Program-made: the position numbers and the translations under genes
The notes under the pieces: generated by a model
Database searches by the model: none
The model's input: the letters and a program-made list of their open reading frames with translations, nothing else
What the model was told of the DNA's origin: nothing
Assembly: GCA_029941885.1 (NCBI GenBank)
Contig: JAPYTP010000002.1
Location: 845 to 64,844 of the forward strand
Reading direction: 5' to 3'
Length of the DNA: 64,000 bases
Source of the DNA: Myxococcota bacterium
GTDB lineage: Bacteria > Myxococcota_A > UBA9160 > UBA4427
Shown: in pieces, positions 43,424 through 54,893 of the stretch
Numbering within the stretch: the stretch's first letter is position 1
How the letters are laid out: the number at the start of each line of letters is the position of its first letter

Positions 43424-46012
43424 GTGTCCGACGAGCCCACAGATCCCACGGAGCCGACCGGCGGTGAAATCCCGCCTCCGGACGACCGCTTCCCGACGGT
43501 GAACATCGAGGACGAGGTCCGCGAATCGTTTCTCGCCTATTCGATGTCGGTGATTATCAGCCGTGCGCTGCCCGATGTGCGAGACGGTCTCAAACCCGTT
43601 CATCGCCGCATCCTCTACGCGATGCATCAGGAAGGACTGCTTCCGAATCGTCCCTACTCGAAGTCTGCTGGTGTCGTCGGTGAAGTTCTCAAGCACTACC
43701 ACCCCCACGGTGATTCCGCGGTCTATGACTCGATGGTCCGCATGGCCCAGGACTTTTCCCTCCGCTATCCGCTCGTCGACGGCCAGGGCAATTTTGGCAG
43801 CATTGACGGTGATTCCGCTGCCGCCTACCGATATACGGAAGCACGTCTAGCCAAGATCGCGGAGGAGCTACTCCGCGACATCGACCGCGAGACCGTCGAT
43901 TTTCAGCCCAATTTCGACGGGCAGATGGAAGAGCCGATCGTTCTCCCGGCACGCTTTCCGAACTTGCTTGCAAATGGTTCAGCCGGGATCGCCGTCGGCA
44001 TGGCTACGAACGTTCCCCCGCATAATTTGACCGAGCTGACGGCGGCGTTGATTCTGGAAGCCGAGAACCCCGACTGCACTCTCGACGATCTGATCGAGAA
44101 GATGCCGGGCCCGGATTTCCCGACCGGCGCATTGCTGTGCGGTACGGACGGAATCCGCAGCTACTACGCGTCGGGGCGCGGCCATCTGACGCTGCGCGCC
44201 CGGGCCGAGTTCGAACCCTACAAGCGTGGCACCCGGATCGTCGTCACCGAGATCCCCTACCAGGTGAACAAGTCGCTCCTTCTCGAACGCATTGCGGATC
44301 TGGTCAAGGACGGTCGGCTCGAGGGCATCGCCGACCTGCGCGACGAGTCGAGTCGCGAGGGCATGCGGGTCGTGATCGAGCTGAAGAGGGACGTCGCGGA
44401 AGACGTCATCTTGAACCAGCTGTACAAGATGACGCCGCTGCAGACGACCTTCGGTGTCAATCTGCTCGCGCTCGTGAACGGCCGACCGCAGACCCTCAGC
44501 GTCAAGGACGCCCTGCGACATTTCGTCGAGTTCCGCAAGGAAGTCGTGATCCGACGCGCGATCTACGACCTTGCGCAGGCCGAAGCCAGAGCGCACATCC
44601 TCGAGGGTTTCGCGATCGCACTCGATCATCTCGACGAGATCATCGCGCTGATTCGCGCTGCGGAGAACGCCGCGACCGCTCGCGGACAATTGATGGAGCG
44701 ATTCGATCTCTCCGAGCGCCAGGCACAGGCGATCCTCGACATGCGCTTGCGCGCGCTGACGGCAATGGAGCGCCAACGCGTTCTGGACGAACTCACGGAG
44801 CTTCGCGCGAAGATCGACGACTTGAAGGGACTGCTCGCGAGCGATGAGCGGATCCTCATCGTCGTCGTCGAAGAGCTTCGCGAAGTCGAGGAGAAATTCG
44901 GGGACGCGCGACGAACCGAGCTCACGGCAGCGATCGATGGCATCACGAATGAGGATCTGATCGTCGAAGAGGACATGGTCGTCACCCTGTCTCATCTCGG
45001 CTACATCAAACGCAATCCTGTGACCCTCTACCGCCAGCAGCGCCGGGGTGGCAAGGGCGCGAAAGGCATGGCAACGCGCGAAGAGGATTTCGTGCGACAT
45101 CTGGGTGTGGCGTCCACACATGCCTATCTGCTCTTCTTCACGAACCTCGGTCGCCTGCATTGGCTGAAGGTTCACGAGTTGCCGCAGCTCGGTCGAGCCG
45201 CAAAAGGCAAGGCTGTTGTCAACGTACTGCAGCTACAGCCGGGAGAGAGCGTACAGACGATGCTCCCGGTCCGTAGCTTCGAGGATGCCCGAGAAGAGTT
45301 CATCATCTTGTCGACACGAAAGGGTGTCATCAAGAAAACCTCCCTTTCGGCTTTCTCGAATCCGCGTAAGGCCGGAATCATTGCGATCAATCTTTCCGAA
45401 GACGATCAGCTGATTTCGGCTGGACGTAGTAGCGGCAGCGATGACGTCTTGTTGGCGACTCGGAACGGAAAGTCGATTCGCTTCAGCGAAGAGGACGCCC
45501 GTGCCATGGGGCGAACCGCGACGGGTGTGCGCGGGATCGCGTTGTCCAGTGAGGATGAAGTCGTCGGCATGGAGATCCTGTCCGGGGATGCGCAGATCCT
45601 GACGACGACGGCACGAGGCTATGGAAAACGGACGCCGCAGGGCGACTACCGACCGCAGAAACGCGGTGGGCAGGGGATCATCAACATTCGGGCGAATCCC
45701 CGGAACGGTCCGGTGATCGGGATCGCTCAGGTGGTCGACGATGACGACGTCATGCTGATCACCGATCTCGGCAAGGTCTTGCGCTGTCCGGTCGGAGGGA
45801 TTTCATCGATGGGTCGCGCGACCCAGGGCGTTCGTGTCATGAACCTTGCTGATAATGAGCGTCTGGTCTCGATCGCGCGTCTCGCGGAAGAGGATGTCGC
45901 GGACGACGAGCTCGGGGGAGTTCCTTCGAGTTCCCCTCCGGAAGGTGACGTACCTGAAGAGTCCGTGACGGACGCTTCTCCGCCCACCGAAGACGATCCG
46001 AGCGAGGACTGA
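43424..46012 (+). CDS. gyrA: DNA gyrase subunit A
   Basis: [24 protein letters not shown] and the active-site region [10 protein letters not shown]. Confidence 0.97.
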   Translation: MSDEPTDPTEPTGGEIPPPDDRFPTVNIEDEVRESFLAYSMSVIISRALPDVRDGLKPVHRRILYAMHQEGLLPNRPYSKSAGVVGEVLKHYHPHGDSAVYDSMVRMAQDFSLRYPLVDGQGNFGSIDGDSAAAYRYTEARLAKIAEELLRDIDRETVDFQPNFDGQMEEPIVLPARFPNLLANGSAGIAVGMATNVPPHNLTELTAALILEAENPDCTLDDLIEKMPGPDFPTGALLCGTDGIRSYYASGRGHLTLRARAEFEPYKRGTRIVVTEIPYQVNKSLLLERIADLVKDGRLEGIADLRDESSREGMRVVIELKRDVAEDVILNQLYKMTPLQTTFGVNLLALVNGRPQTLSVKDALRHFVEFRKEVVIRRAIYDLAQAEARAHILEGFAIALDHLDEIIALIRAAENAATARGQLMERFDLSERQAQAILDMRLRALTAMERQRVLDELTELRAKIDDLKGLLASDERILIVVVEELREVEEKFGDARRTELTAAIDGITNEDLIVEEDMVVTLSHLGYIKRNPVTLYRQQRRGGKGAKGMATREEDFVRHLGVASTHAYLLFFTNLGRLHWLKVHELPQLGRAAKGKAVVNVLQLQPGESVQTMLPVRSFEDAREEFIILSTRKGVIKKTSLSAFSNPRKAGIIAINLSEDDQLISAGRSSGSDDVLLATRNGKSIRFSEEDARAMGRTATGVRGIALSSEDEVVGMEILSGDAQILTTTARGYGKRTPQGDYRPQKRGGQGIINIRANPRNGPVIGIAQVVDDDDVMLITDLGKVLRCPVGGISSMGRATQGVRVMNLADNERLVSIARLAEEDVADDELGGVPSSSPPEGDVPEESVTDASPPTEDDPSED

Positions 46013-46019
46013 CGACGAG

Positions 46020-47315
46020 ATGGAACTTTCGAAGTCCCGGCGCGAATTCAAACGCGCCAAGCGCTTGATACCGGGGGGCGTGAATAGCCCCGTTCGCGCG
46101 TTTGGCTCGGTCGGTGGAATTCCTCGCTTCATCGATTCTGCAAAGGGCGCCCGGATTCGAGACGTCGATGGGAACGAGTACATCGACTACGTCGGCTCGT
46201 GGGGGCCGATGATTCTCGGTCATTCGCATCCGAAAGTCCTCAAGGCCGTGCGAAAGGCGATGGCGTCCGGAACGAGCTTCGGTGCGCCCACGGCGCGGGA
46301 ATCGGATCTGGCGGAAACGATTCGAAGGGCCCTGCCTTCGATCCAGAAGGTCCGGATGGTGAGTTCCGGGACCGAGGCCACGATGAGTGCGCTTCGGCTA
46401 GCCCGCGGCGTGACCGGCCGCCCGCGCATTCTCAAATTCGATGGCTGCTATCACGGCCATTCCGACGGACTGCTCGTGGGTGCCGGGAGCGGCGTCGCCA
46501 CCCTCGGAATTCCCGGATCGCCGGGCGTCCCGAAAGCGATGACCGACCAGACGATCATCGCGCCTTTCAACGACCTGGTCGCGACGCGACGGGCTTTCGG
46601 GCGATGGGGGAAGCAGATCGCCGCGATCATCGTCGAGCCGATCGCGGGAAATATGGGCTGTATTCCACCGACCCCAGGATTTCTGGAAGGCTTACGGGCG
46701 ATCTGTGACGAATTCGGCGCGCTGTTGATCTTCGATGAGGTCATGACCGGCTTCCGGGTGGCGAAGGGGGGTGCGCAGCGTCTCTACAAGGTGAAGCCCG
46801 ACCTGACGACCCTCGGAAAGATCGTGGGGGGTGGCCTTCCGGCGGCGGCCTATGGGGGACGCCGGGATTTCATGGCGCGTGTCGCGCCCGAGGGTGACAT
46901 CTACCAGGCGGGTACCCTATCCGGGAATCCGCTGGCGGTTGCCGCGGGCATCACGACGCTCGAGCTGCTCGAGGCACCGGGGGTCTACGAGACCCTGGCA
47001 GAGAGGTCGAGCACGCTGATGTCGGGACTGGCCGAACGGGCGGAGGCGCGGGGGATTCCGCTCACGACACGGAGCGTCGGCGGAATGTTCGGCTTCTTCT
47101 TCAATCGGGGCCCTGTCGACTCCTTCGCCGAGGCGCAGCAAAGTGATGCAGCCGCATTTCGGCGCTTCTTCGCGTCGATGCTCGAGGACGGGGTGTACCT
47201 GGCCCCTTCGCCCTACGAGGCGGGATTCGTGTCCCTGGCCCACAAGAAACGGGATATCGACCTGACCCTGGACGCGGCGGAGCGTGCTCTGGCCAGAGTC
47301 GCTCGGGCGAGGTAG
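46020..47315 (+). CDS. hemL: glutamate-1-semialdehyde 2,1-aminomutase
   Basis: [13 protein letters not shown] and a class III aminotransferase body. Confidence 0.95.
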   Translation: MELSKSRREFKRAKRLIPGGVNSPVRAFGSVGGIPRFIDSAKGARIRDVDGNEYIDYVGSWGPMILGHSHPKVLKAVRKAMASGTSFGAPTARESDLAETIRRALPSIQKVRMVSSGTEATMSALRLARGVTGRPRILKFDGCYHGHSDGLLVGAGSGVATLGIPGSPGVPKAMTDQTIIAPFNDLVATRRAFGRWGKQIAAIIVEPIAGNMGCIPPTPGFLEGLRAICDEFGALLIFDEVMTGFRVAKGGAQRLYKVKPDLTTLGKIVGGGLPAAAYGGRRDFMARVAPEGDIYQAGTLSGNPLAVAAGITTLELLEAPGVYETLAERSSTLMSGLAERAEARGIPLTTRSVGGMFGFFFNRGPVDSFAEAQQSDAAAFRRFFASMLEDGVYLAPSPYEAGFVSLAHKKRDIDLTLDAAERALARVARAR

Positions 47316-47349
47316 CCCGCCTCGGGTGGTTGCGGGGGTGTCTCTCCAA

Positions 47350-47378
47350 TTGAGCGCTGTGGGTCAAAAGGCTATGCT
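47350..47378 (+). promoter_or_regulatory. possible promoter of the atpZ-atpI-atpB-atpE operon
   Basis: TTGAGC, 17 nt, TATGCT, located 35 nt after the hemL stop. Pattern match only. Confidence 0.3.
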
Positions 47379-47439
47379 GCGCGCCGATTTCCGGCCCCAA
47401 CTGGCATTGGGAATTGCAGCGTCCAAGCCGCGAATCGGA

Positions 47440-47461
47440 GACACGTTCTCGTGTCGTTTTT
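47440..47461 (+). terminator. short hairpin plus T5 (weak hemL terminator or atp leader attenuator)
   Basis: GACACG-TTCT-CGTGTC followed by GTTTTT. The stem is only 6 bp. Confidence 0.3.
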
Positions 47462-47479
47462 CGATTCGGTGAGGGATTC

Positions 47480-47905
47480 TTGAGTCATCCGCCCGACTAT
47501 CCGGGTCGCAAACGCCTGAAGCGCGCTGCGGCCCGGGCCGGCAACGAGGCGTACCAAGGGGCCTTCGAGGCTGTGGGCGCGGTGTTGGTCGGGTGCGGAT
47601 TCGGCTTCTGGATCGATGGGCGCCTGGACTCATCGCCCTGGGGCTTGATCATCGGAGCGGTCGTCGGCTTCGGGGCGATGGTGTTGCGGTTGGTCCGGCT
47701 CGGACATGAACTACATCCCGACCCGAACGCGGCGGACGGAACGGCAAAATCAGATTCCGCGGGGCTTCATGCATCGTGGGATGACGAGCTGGGAGTCGGC
47801 GTGTCGCCGGGAATGAGCGACGTACTTCGCGAGGACGCCATGAAGTCGGATGACGCGACGGACGAGACGCCTCGCAGCAAGGACCCGAGAAAAGACACGG
47901 AGTGA
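47480..47905 (+). CDS. AtpZ/ATPase_gene1-like small membrane protein with acidic C-tail
   Basis: AYQGAFEAVGAVLVGCGFGFWIDGRLDSSPWGLIIGAVVGFGAMV matches the AtpZ family pattern. ORF track starts at 47414; I prefer the TTG at 47480, which is preceded by GAGGGA. Confidence 0.6.
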   Translation: MSHPPDYPGRKRLKRAAARAGNEAYQGAFEAVGAVLVGCGFGFWIDGRLDSSPWGLIIGAVVGFGAMVLRLVRLGHELHPDPNAADGTAKSDSAGLHASWDDELGVGVSPGMSDVLREDAMKSDDATDETPRSKDPRKDTE

Positions 47906-48429
47906 GATTCGAGTTGGCGAAATTTGAGCTGGAAAAAGTCGAGCAATGGAATCTGGGGCTCTCCGCGGGCGCGGTGGCAGCTTCCTATGCGCTCGTGACT
48001 CCACATTTCGCGACCAGCCTCGCTGCGGGGGCGTTCCTGGAGGCGATCAATCTCGGGGCAATTCTTCGAGCGGCGCGACGGCTTTTCTCGGGCGAACTGA
48101 TGTCACTGGGCTGGATTGGAGGTCTTGCATTTCGATTTCTTCTTCTCGGCGCTGCCATCTTCGTGACGATGCGCGCGGGGGCTGATCCGGTTGCGCTCCT
48201 GATCGGACTTTCCATTGCGATGCCAGCGACCGTGATCGACGCCGTTCTCAATCGCCCGCCAATTCTCGACCCCGAGACCTTGCCCGTCTTCCTCGACGAC
48301 GGAATCGACGAGGACGAGGACGACCGACTCGTCCTGACCGGCCGTCTCTTTACCTCGAAATACTCTGACCGGCCCGATGACTGCGTCATTCTGGATGACG
48401 CGAACGGCGACCAAGAGAGAAAACAATGA
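47902..48429 (+). CDS. atpI: ATP synthase protein I (AtpI-like)
   Basis: Four hydrophobic segments immediately upstream of atpB, overlapping both neighbours by 4 nt. The call rests mostly on position. Confidence 0.6.
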   Translation: MRFELAKFELEKVEQWNLGLSAGAVAASYALVTPHFATSLAAGAFLEAINLGAILRAARRLFSGELMSLGWIGGLAFRFLLLGAAIFVTMRAGADPVALLIGLSIAMPATVIDAVLNRPPILDPETLPVFLDDGIDEDEDDRLVLTGRLFTSKYSDRPDDCVILDDANGDQERKQ

Positions 48430-49145
48430 ATCTGTTCGACACCCTCGCACACCAGCTAAATACAGAGTGGATCTACGTCTCGGCGCTGTCAGCCTCGGCT
48501 CTGCTCATCCTCGCTGGAATTTCCGTGAAGCGCGCCGTCGCGGGCGAAAATGCTGGGGTCCTGCCTGAAGAGGGGCTGTCGATTCGCAACCTGATCGAAG
48601 TGGTGATCGAAGCCCTTGGCGATCTCGGGGAGACGACGATCGGCGACGAGTGGCGAAGATATTTCCCGGTCGTCGGAACCATCTTCTTCTTCGTGCTGGT
48701 CTCGAATTTCATGAGCTTGATTCCGGGTTTCCTGGGCTCCACGGGTGATGCCAACGTCACATTCGCGTGGGGCATCATCTCATTCGCCGTCTACAACTTC
48801 GTGGGCATCAAGCGGCACGGTTGGAAGTACATCTACCAGTTCATGGGTCCGGCGCTCTACGACCTCGAGCTGGGGGGGCGCCACTATCATGTTCGCATGC
48901 TGACGCCAATCTTTCTCCCCCTGGAGATCGTTCTTCATCTCGCTCGCATCGTGACGCTTGGAGTTCGCCTTCTCGCCAACATGTTCGCGGACCACAAGGT
49001 GATCGTGATCTGGATCGGAATGGTACCGGCGGTGTTGCCCGCGATCTTCATGGGCCTCGGAATGGTCGTGAGCTTCCTGCAGGCCTTCGTGTTTGCGCTC
49101 CTGACGATGATCTACATTGGACAGGCACTCGAGGAGCCTCATTGA
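48426..49145 (+). CDS. atpB: Fo ATP synthase a subunit
   Basis: LEIVLHLARIVTLGVRLLANMFADH contains the conserved Arg of the a subunit. Confidence 0.9.
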   Translation: MNLFDTLAHQLNTEWIYVSALSASALLILAGISVKRAVAGENAGVLPEEGLSIRNLIEVVIEALGDLGETTIGDEWRRYFPVVGTIFFFVLVSNFMSLIPGFLGSTGDANVTFAWGIISFAVYNFVGIKRHGWKYIYQFMGPALYDLELGGRHYHVRMLTPIFLPLEIVLHLARIVTLGVRLLANMFADHKVIVIWIGMVPAVLPAIFMGLGMVVSFLQAFVFALLTMIYIGQALEEPH

Positions 49146-49377
49146 TATCGATCCGAAATAACAAGCAACACTCACGAGTCGCACAAGGCTTCACGCAGGG
49201 ATCCCAGGCGGATCGCTGTTTCGTTTCAGGTTTCAATCACACGTTTTTCGATCTACGAACGGGGATAGGCCTCGTTTGGTGACCCGGCGGTCCTCCGCCA
49301 GTCTCGGTTCAATCGATTTCATTCAATCGGCCCAGCCAGAACGGCACCCGGGTCTCCGAAGAAAAGGGAAAATCAGC

Positions 49378-49692
49378 ATGCGTCGTATCGTCAACATCCT
49401 CGTTTGGGCTCTCGTCCTGTTCCTGGTTCCTGGTGTCGCGTTGGCCGCCGCGGACGGCACCGCGATCAGTGGTCTCGGCATTGGTGCCGGTCTCGCTGTG
49501 GGCATGGCCGGTCTCGGCTGTGGTATCGGCCAGGGGCTGACCGCTGGCAACACGACTGCCGGGATCGCCCGCAACCCGGGCGCAGCGGGGGCGATGTTCA
49601 CGAACTTCATCCTCGGCATGGTGCTCATCGAGTCGATCGCGATCTACGGCCTCGTCATCGCGTTCCTGCTCCAGGGCCAGACGGGCCTCTAG
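49378..49692 (+). CDS. atpE: Fo ATP synthase c subunit with signal-like N-terminal extension
   Basis: Trimmed to the ATG at 49378. GxGxGxG helix 1 (GLGCGIGQG), ARNP loop and carboxylate helix ILGMVLIESIAIYGLV. Confidence 0.9.
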   Translation: MRRIVNILVWALVLFLVPGVALAAADGTAISGLGIGAGLAVGMAGLGCGIGQGLTAGNTTAGIARNPGAAGAMFTNFILGMVLIESIAIYGLVIAFLLQGQTGL

Positions 49693-49740
49693 TCCAGACA
49701 TACCAGTCCGGCTGGAAACTCAACGTTCGAGTCCGTACGG

Positions 49741-49776
49741 GGCGAGCAATCCACTCGGGTTGCTCGCCTTTTTTTT
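49741..49776 (+). terminator. rho-independent terminator of the atpE operon
   Basis: GGCGAGCAA-N10-TTGCTCGCC followed by T8. Confidence 0.85.
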
Positions 49777-49787
49777 GTTGGCATTTT

Positions 49788-49825
<38 letters not shown>

Positions 49826-50145
49826 CGGTTCCCGCGGTTCACAGCGGGCGCGGGGAGACTCGAATGGAGAACCGCCGGGCGGAAGCTCGAGCCGGGGTTC
49901 ACCCCGTAATTGAATATCCCGACTCGACCCTGTGCTTCCGCCCGACGACCTCGACCGCGCGCAGCTCCCGGTCCCGTTAGAGGAGCGCCGCGTGGCTCGC
50001 CCGAAGGCGACACGGGGTTGAACTGCGAAGGTCATGCCAAGTCGCTGGCAGCGACCGAAAGGGCCGAGGGCAGCCTGACTCGCGCGCGAGCGATAAGGTT
50101 GTGTGAACACCGACGCCTGGATGTAGGCGCGTACTCGGAGGAGCC

Positions 50146-50760
50146 GTGAAACGCGGGGCACTGATCGTTTTCGAAGGGCTCGACGGCTGCGGCAAGTCGA
50201 CCCAGCTCCGACGCGCCGCAGAGGCGCTTCGCTCGCGGGGGACCGAGCCGGTAGTGACGCGCGAGCCGACCGGGGGGCGCTGGGGTCTGAAGATCCGGGC
50301 GATGGCCCAGAGCGGTGAGAGGGTCTCCCCCGCAACCGAACTCGAGTGGTTCTTCGAGGATCGCCGCGAGCATATGCGCGAAATCGTCGGGCCGGCGCTC
50401 GAGGAGGGTCGCATCGTGCTCTCGGATCGGTCCTATATTTCGACGGTCGCCTATCAGGGCGCACGGGGCCTCGATGTCGAGAAGATCCTCTCGGATAGCG
50501 AGGCCGAGTTCAACCGACCCGATCTGATCCTGCTATTCGAGATCTCGGCGAAAGAAGGCCTCGCGCGGGTCAATGCCCGGGGCGGCAAGAGGGAGCCCGT
50601 CTTCGAGAATCTGCCGTTTCTGGAGAGAGCGGCGGAAATCTTCGGGACGCTCGAGGTAGCGGGACTGGCACGCATTGACGCGGCGAGATCCGAGGACGAG
50701 ATCGCACCGGACGTGCTTCGCCTGATCACGATCTGCCTGGACGACCGCTCCGACGTGTAG
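50146..50760 (+). CDS. tmk: thymidylate kinase
   Basis: GTG start with SD GGAGGAG. P-loop FEGLDGCGKST. Confidence 0.9.
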   Translation: MKRGALIVFEGLDGCGKSTQLRRAAEALRSRGTEPVVTREPTGGRWGLKIRAMAQSGERVSPATELEWFFEDRREHMREIVGPALEEGRIVLSDRSYISTVAYQGARGLDVEKILSDSEAEFNRPDLILLFEISAKEGLARVNARGGKREPVFENLPFLERAAEIFGTLEVAGLARIDAARSEDEIAPDVLRLITICLDDRSDV

Positions 50761-50808
50761 TGTTCGCCGCTCGAGGAACTTCACGTGCACCGGTGAACAC
50801 CACGAGCT

Positions 50809-51849
50809 CTATTCGGGGTCGGGGGGGCCGGGATCGCCGACTTCGTCATCGTGGTGATCCCCTGCTGCGAAGCGCCGCTGCGCTTCCTCGAAGATCGCAC
50901 GCCCTGACCACGCGACGAGTACGCCACTCATCAACGTGACGAGGACGGGCAGATGTGTGCCGGGGACATTCATGCCGGGGAGATCCATCCGTCCCTCGAG
51001 GACGGCTGAGCCGAGACCAATGGCTGCCCAGGCACTCGCGAGCAGGATCGGGCCCAGGATCGATCCCGTGGCGATGCGCACGATTCCAAGGGCCCAGCCG
51101 AGAGCGAAGGAGGCGATCGCTGCGGCCAGGAAGCGGCTGAATCCAGCGATCGGTGCGGGTCGCAGCAAAGTCCAAAGGAGTGCGACGACGCTCACGCCGC
51201 GGATCAAACCGAGCCTCTGGACGATGCTCTGTTGGATCACGCCACGAAACAGGAACTCCTCGACGATCGGAGAGATGCCGACCATGACGATGAAGGCCTG
51301 AAAGACGCTCACCGGGTCGTCGGGGTCGATCAGTCGGGGCGCTTCTTCTTCGTCCTCCTTGGCATCGCCGTCCCGGCTGTCGTAGGCCGCTTCGCCCTCC
51401 CCCGGGTCCGCGGATTCGGCGGGGTCGACGAAATCATAGGAACCGGGCAGAACGGGATCGAACGTGTTCGCTTCGCCTTCCGTCGCAGCTCCGCCGGATC
51501 CATTCGCGTTGATCTCGATGGCGTCGCCCGCAAAATCGAAGGCGAAGTTGTCGAGTTCACTCGAGAGGAGAATGGCCGGGACGAGGCAGAGGATCAGGGG
51601 GATCGAGTCGAGGTTGAGTGCGCGCAGTCCGAGACGCTTGGCCTGGGGCTGGGGGACACGTTGGGCACCCATCGTCGCGACCGCACCGACGCCGATCGCC
51701 TGGCCGATCCCGACCGCCGCAAGCAATCCGAAGTCGATGAATGCGATCCCCGTGAACGCGGCGGCGAGCATGGCCAGGAGGGTCAACATCAGCGCGCCCC
51801 GAACGCTCGGGTAGGGATCGTTCGGATCCGATTGCCGGGGATTCATCAT
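50809..51849 (-). CDS. CPBP (CAAX protease)-family membrane protein, probably lacking the catalytic His residues
   Basis: Motif 1 is present (IVEEFLFRGV). At the expected motif 2 and 3 positions I read LLWTLLRP and ILLASAWAA (no His). A ~75-aa acidic loop is inserted. The start overlaps the uvrA stop by 4 nt. Confidence 0.75.
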   Translation of the reverse strand: MMNPRQSDPNDPYPSVRGALMLTLLAMLAAAFTGIAFIDFGLLAAVGIGQAIGVGAVATMGAQRVPQPQAKRLGLRALNLDSIPLILCLVPAILLSSELDNFAFDFAGDAIEINANGSGGAATEGEANTFDPVLPGSYDFVDPAESADPGEGEAAYDSRDGDAKEDEEEAPRLIDPDDPVSVFQAFIVMVGISPIVEEFLFRGVIQQSIVQRLGLIRGVSVVALLWTLLRPAPIAGFSRFLAAAIASFALGWALGIVRIATGSILGPILLASAWAAIGLGSAVLEGRMDLPGMNVPGTHLPVLVTLMSGVLVAWSGRAIFEEAQRRFAAGDHHDDEVGDPGPPDPE

Positions 51850-54821
51850 GCGGACGCCTCGACACGCGCCGACGTCTGGTCCTTGGCGAGCGCGTGTCCC
51901 GTATACGATCGGGCACAGCGCGTGATTTCCTCGGGCGTTCCGGTTGCCACGATCTCGCCGCCGGCTTCGCCGCCTTCCGGTCCGAGATCCACGACATGAT
52001 CCGCGTAACGCACGACATCGAGATTGTGTTCGATGACGACGACGGTATTGCCGCGATCGACGAGGCGGTCGAGCAGGCCGAGCAGAACTTCGACGTCGAC
52101 GAAATGCAGCCCCGTCGTCGGCTCGTCGAGCAGATAGAGAGTCTGCCCCGTGCTCTTGCGGGCGAGTTCCTTTGCGAGCTTCATGCGTTGGGCCTCACCA
52201 CCGGATAGTGTCGTCGCGCTCTGACCGAGATGAACATAGCCAAGACCGACGTCGGAGAGCGCTTGCAGGGGTCTTGCGACTATGGGCACGTTCTCGAAGA
52301 GCTCGAGGGCTTCGAGCACGGTCATCTCGAGGACGTCCGCGATGCTCAACCCACGATATCGGATCGTGAGCGTGTCGCGATCGTAGCGGCGACCGCTACA
52401 GACCTCGCAGAGCACGAATACGTCGGGCAGAAATTGCATCTCGACTCGAATGGAGCCGTCCCCTTCGCAGGCTTCACAACGCCCACCCTTGACGTTGAAG
52501 GAAAAACGGCCCCCGTCCCATCCGCGTACGCGGGACTCGGGCAGCGCCGCGAAGAGGGTGCGGATCCCCGAGAACGCACCGCTATAGGTGGCGGGATTGC
52601 TGCGGGGGCTGCGTCCGATCGGGCTCTGATCCACGGCGACGACCTTGTCGATCAATTCGAGACCGTGAATTGCGCGATGGGCACCGGGCGTGGCGAGTGC
52701 GCCGTGGAGTTCCGCGGACAGGACGCGGTGGAGCGTGTCGTTGATGAGGGTGGACTTTCCGCTGCCGGAGACGCCGGAGACGACCGTCAAACAGCCGAGG
52801 GGGATTTCGAGGTCGACCTCTTTCAGGTTGTTCGCGGCGCAGCCTTCGAGACGGATCGTTTGATCAGCTCTGGGTGTGCGTCGCACGGGGGCCTCGATTC
52901 GGCGGCGGCCGGAGAGAAAGTCGCCTGTCGTGGAGTCCGCGACGGTTTCGAGCATTGCCGGCGTTCCGGCGGCGACGATCCGCCCACCGTGGATGCCGGC
53001 GCCCGGGCCGATGTCGATCACGAAATCGGCGCGACGGATAGTGGCTTCGTCGTGCTCGACGACGATCAGGCTATTGCCGATATCCCGAAGGGACTCGAGA
53101 CTTTCGAGCAGGCGTTCGTTGTCCCTCGGATGCAGGCCGACCGAGGGCTCGTCGAGGATGTAGAGGACGCCGATCAGCTGGGCACCGATCTGGGTCGCGA
53201 GTCGGATGCGCTGTGCCTCACCCCCGGAAAGGGTCGCGGCGCGACGGTCCAGGCTCAAGTAGCCGAGTCCCACCCGCTCGAGAAATCCGAGCCGTTCGCG
53301 CACCTCTCCGAGAATCCGTTCTGCAATTCTGGCGAGATTCGGAGGCAGTGAGAGTTCGCCGAGAAAGCGGATGACCTCTGCAATCGAGAGTGCGGTGAGG
53401 GCGGGCAGCGAATGGGGCCCGAGCCTGACCGAGCGCGCCTCCCTGCGAAGCCGTGTGCCTTCGCAATCCGGACAGGGTCGGTCGGTCTGAAACTTCGAGA
53501 GGCTCGAGCCCGCTCGGCCGGCGGCGACCTCGAGACGACGGGCGAGATCGCCCAAAACTCCGTCGAAAGACCGCACGATCTTCTCGGTTCGGGTGCGGCG
53601 CTTGCGTCGACCGCGACCCCTGACGGGCACCTCGAGTTCGAGGTCGTAGCTGGCGTCACCCTCGAGCAGGAGCACGCGCTGTCCTCTCGAGAGCTTTTTC
53701 CAGGGGGTATCGAGCGAGAACCCGAAATCCCCGGCGACCGTTTCCAGGAGCCTGCGATAGTAGCCGCGCGCCTCGTCGAGATCCCAGGCCGCGATGGCCC
53801 CCTGCTCGAGGGTCAGATCTTCGTTCGGGACGATCCGCTTGGGATCGAAAATCGGGATCTGGCCGAGACCGCTGCAGGCGCCGCAGGCGCCAAAGGGATT
53901 ATTGAAAGAGAAGAGGCGCGGCGAGATCTCCGGAAAGGAATTTTCGCAGGTGGGACAGGCGCCGGATCGGGAGAGCCACCAGGGCTCACTGCCGACCACA
54001 TCGATGAGTGCCAGATCGTCGGCAAGGCGAAGTGCGGTCGAAAGTGACTCGGTGAGCCTACCGCGGACGCTGTCCTTGATGACGAGCCGGTCGATCACGA
54101 TCTCGATTTCGTGGCGTGCACCGCGGGCGATCACGATCTGCCCGGACAGATCGTGGATCTCCCCGTCGATCCGGGCACGGGAGAACCCATCGCGACGGAA
54201 TTGATCGAGCTCCTTCTTGTATTGCCCCTTACGTCCACGTACGACCGGGGCAAGAACCTGGATCTTCGTGCCCTCGTGAAGGGCCATGACGCGGTCGACC
54301 ATTTCGTCGAGGCCCTGGCTGGAAATCGGTGTGTCGCATTCCCAACAATAGGCAGTACCGGCCCGGGCGTAGAGGAGTCGGAGGTAGTCGGCGATCTCCG
54401 TGATCGTGGCGACAGTGCTGCGAGGGCTCTTGCCGACGCTCTTCTGCTCGATGGCGACGGCGGGAGAGAGACCCTCGATCTCGTCGACGTCGGGGCGCGT
54501 CAATTGGTCCAGGAACTGACGGGCGTAGGTCGAGAGGCTCTCGACATAACGCCGCTGGCCCTCGGCGTAGAGGGTGTCGAAAGCAAGGCTGGATTTGCCG
54601 GACCCAGAGGGTCCGGTCACGACGACGAAGCGTCCGCGAGGAATCTTGAGATCGACGTTCTTCAGGTTATGTGTGCGTGCCCCGAGGATGGAAATCTCAG
54701 CCGGATCGCCTTTTCGTGCGAGCTTCGCGATCGTCTCGAAGTCGCGATCGTGGCGGCCGCCCGATCCAGTCGAATGGCTCCAGCCAGACTCGATCGGGTT
54801 CGCGTTGGGGATCTGCTTCAT
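51846..54821 (-). CDS. uvrA: excinuclease ABC subunit A
   Basis: Two ABC modules ([18 protein letters not shown]), Zn-finger cysteines and a length of 991 aa. Confidence 0.97.
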   Translation of the reverse strand: MKQIPNANPIESGWSHSTGSGGRHDRDFETIAKLARKGDPAEISILGARTHNLKNVDLKIPRGRFVVVTGPSGSGKSSLAFDTLYAEGQRRYVESLSTYARQFLDQLTRPDVDEIEGLSPAVAIEQKSVGKSPRSTVATITEIADYLRLLYARAGTAYCWECDTPISSQGLDEMVDRVMALHEGTKIQVLAPVVRGRKGQYKKELDQFRRDGFSRARIDGEIHDLSGQIVIARGARHEIEIVIDRLVIKDSVRGRLTESLSTALRLADDLALIDVVGSEPWWLSRSGACPTCENSFPEISPRLFSFNNPFGACGACSGLGQIPIFDPKRIVPNEDLTLEQGAIAAWDLDEARGYYRRLLETVAGDFGFSLDTPWKKLSRGQRVLLLEGDASYDLELEVPVRGRGRRKRRTRTEKIVRSFDGVLGDLARRLEVAAGRAGSSLSKFQTDRPCPDCEGTRLRREARSVRLGPHSLPALTALSIAEVIRFLGELSLPPNLARIAERILGEVRERLGFLERVGLGYLSLDRRAATLSGGEAQRIRLATQIGAQLIGVLYILDEPSVGLHPRDNERLLESLESLRDIGNSLIVVEHDEATIRRADFVIDIGPGAGIHGGRIVAAGTPAMLETVADSTTGDFLSGRRRIEAPVRRTPRADQTIRLEGCAANNLKEVDLEIPLGCLTVVSGVSGSGKSTLINDTLHRVLSAELHGALATPGAHRAIHGLELIDKVVAVDQSPIGRSPRSNPATYSGAFSGIRTLFAALPESRVRGWDGGRFSFNVKGGRCEACEGDGSIRVEMQFLPDVFVLCEVCSGRRYDRDTLTIRYRGLSIADVLEMTVLEALELFENVPIVARPLQALSDVGLGYVHLGQSATTLSGGEAQRMKLAKELARKSTGQTLYLLDEPTTGLHFVDVEVLLGLLDRLVDRGNTVVVIEHNLDVVRYADHVVDLGPEGGEAGGEIVATGTPEEITRCARSYTGHALAKDQTSARVEASA

Positions 54822-54893
54822 GATGGCGTCGACGGGTACGTCAATGAGCGTGGTCCCGTTAGGCGCGGGGGCGATTCATGCGGTCTTCGAACC

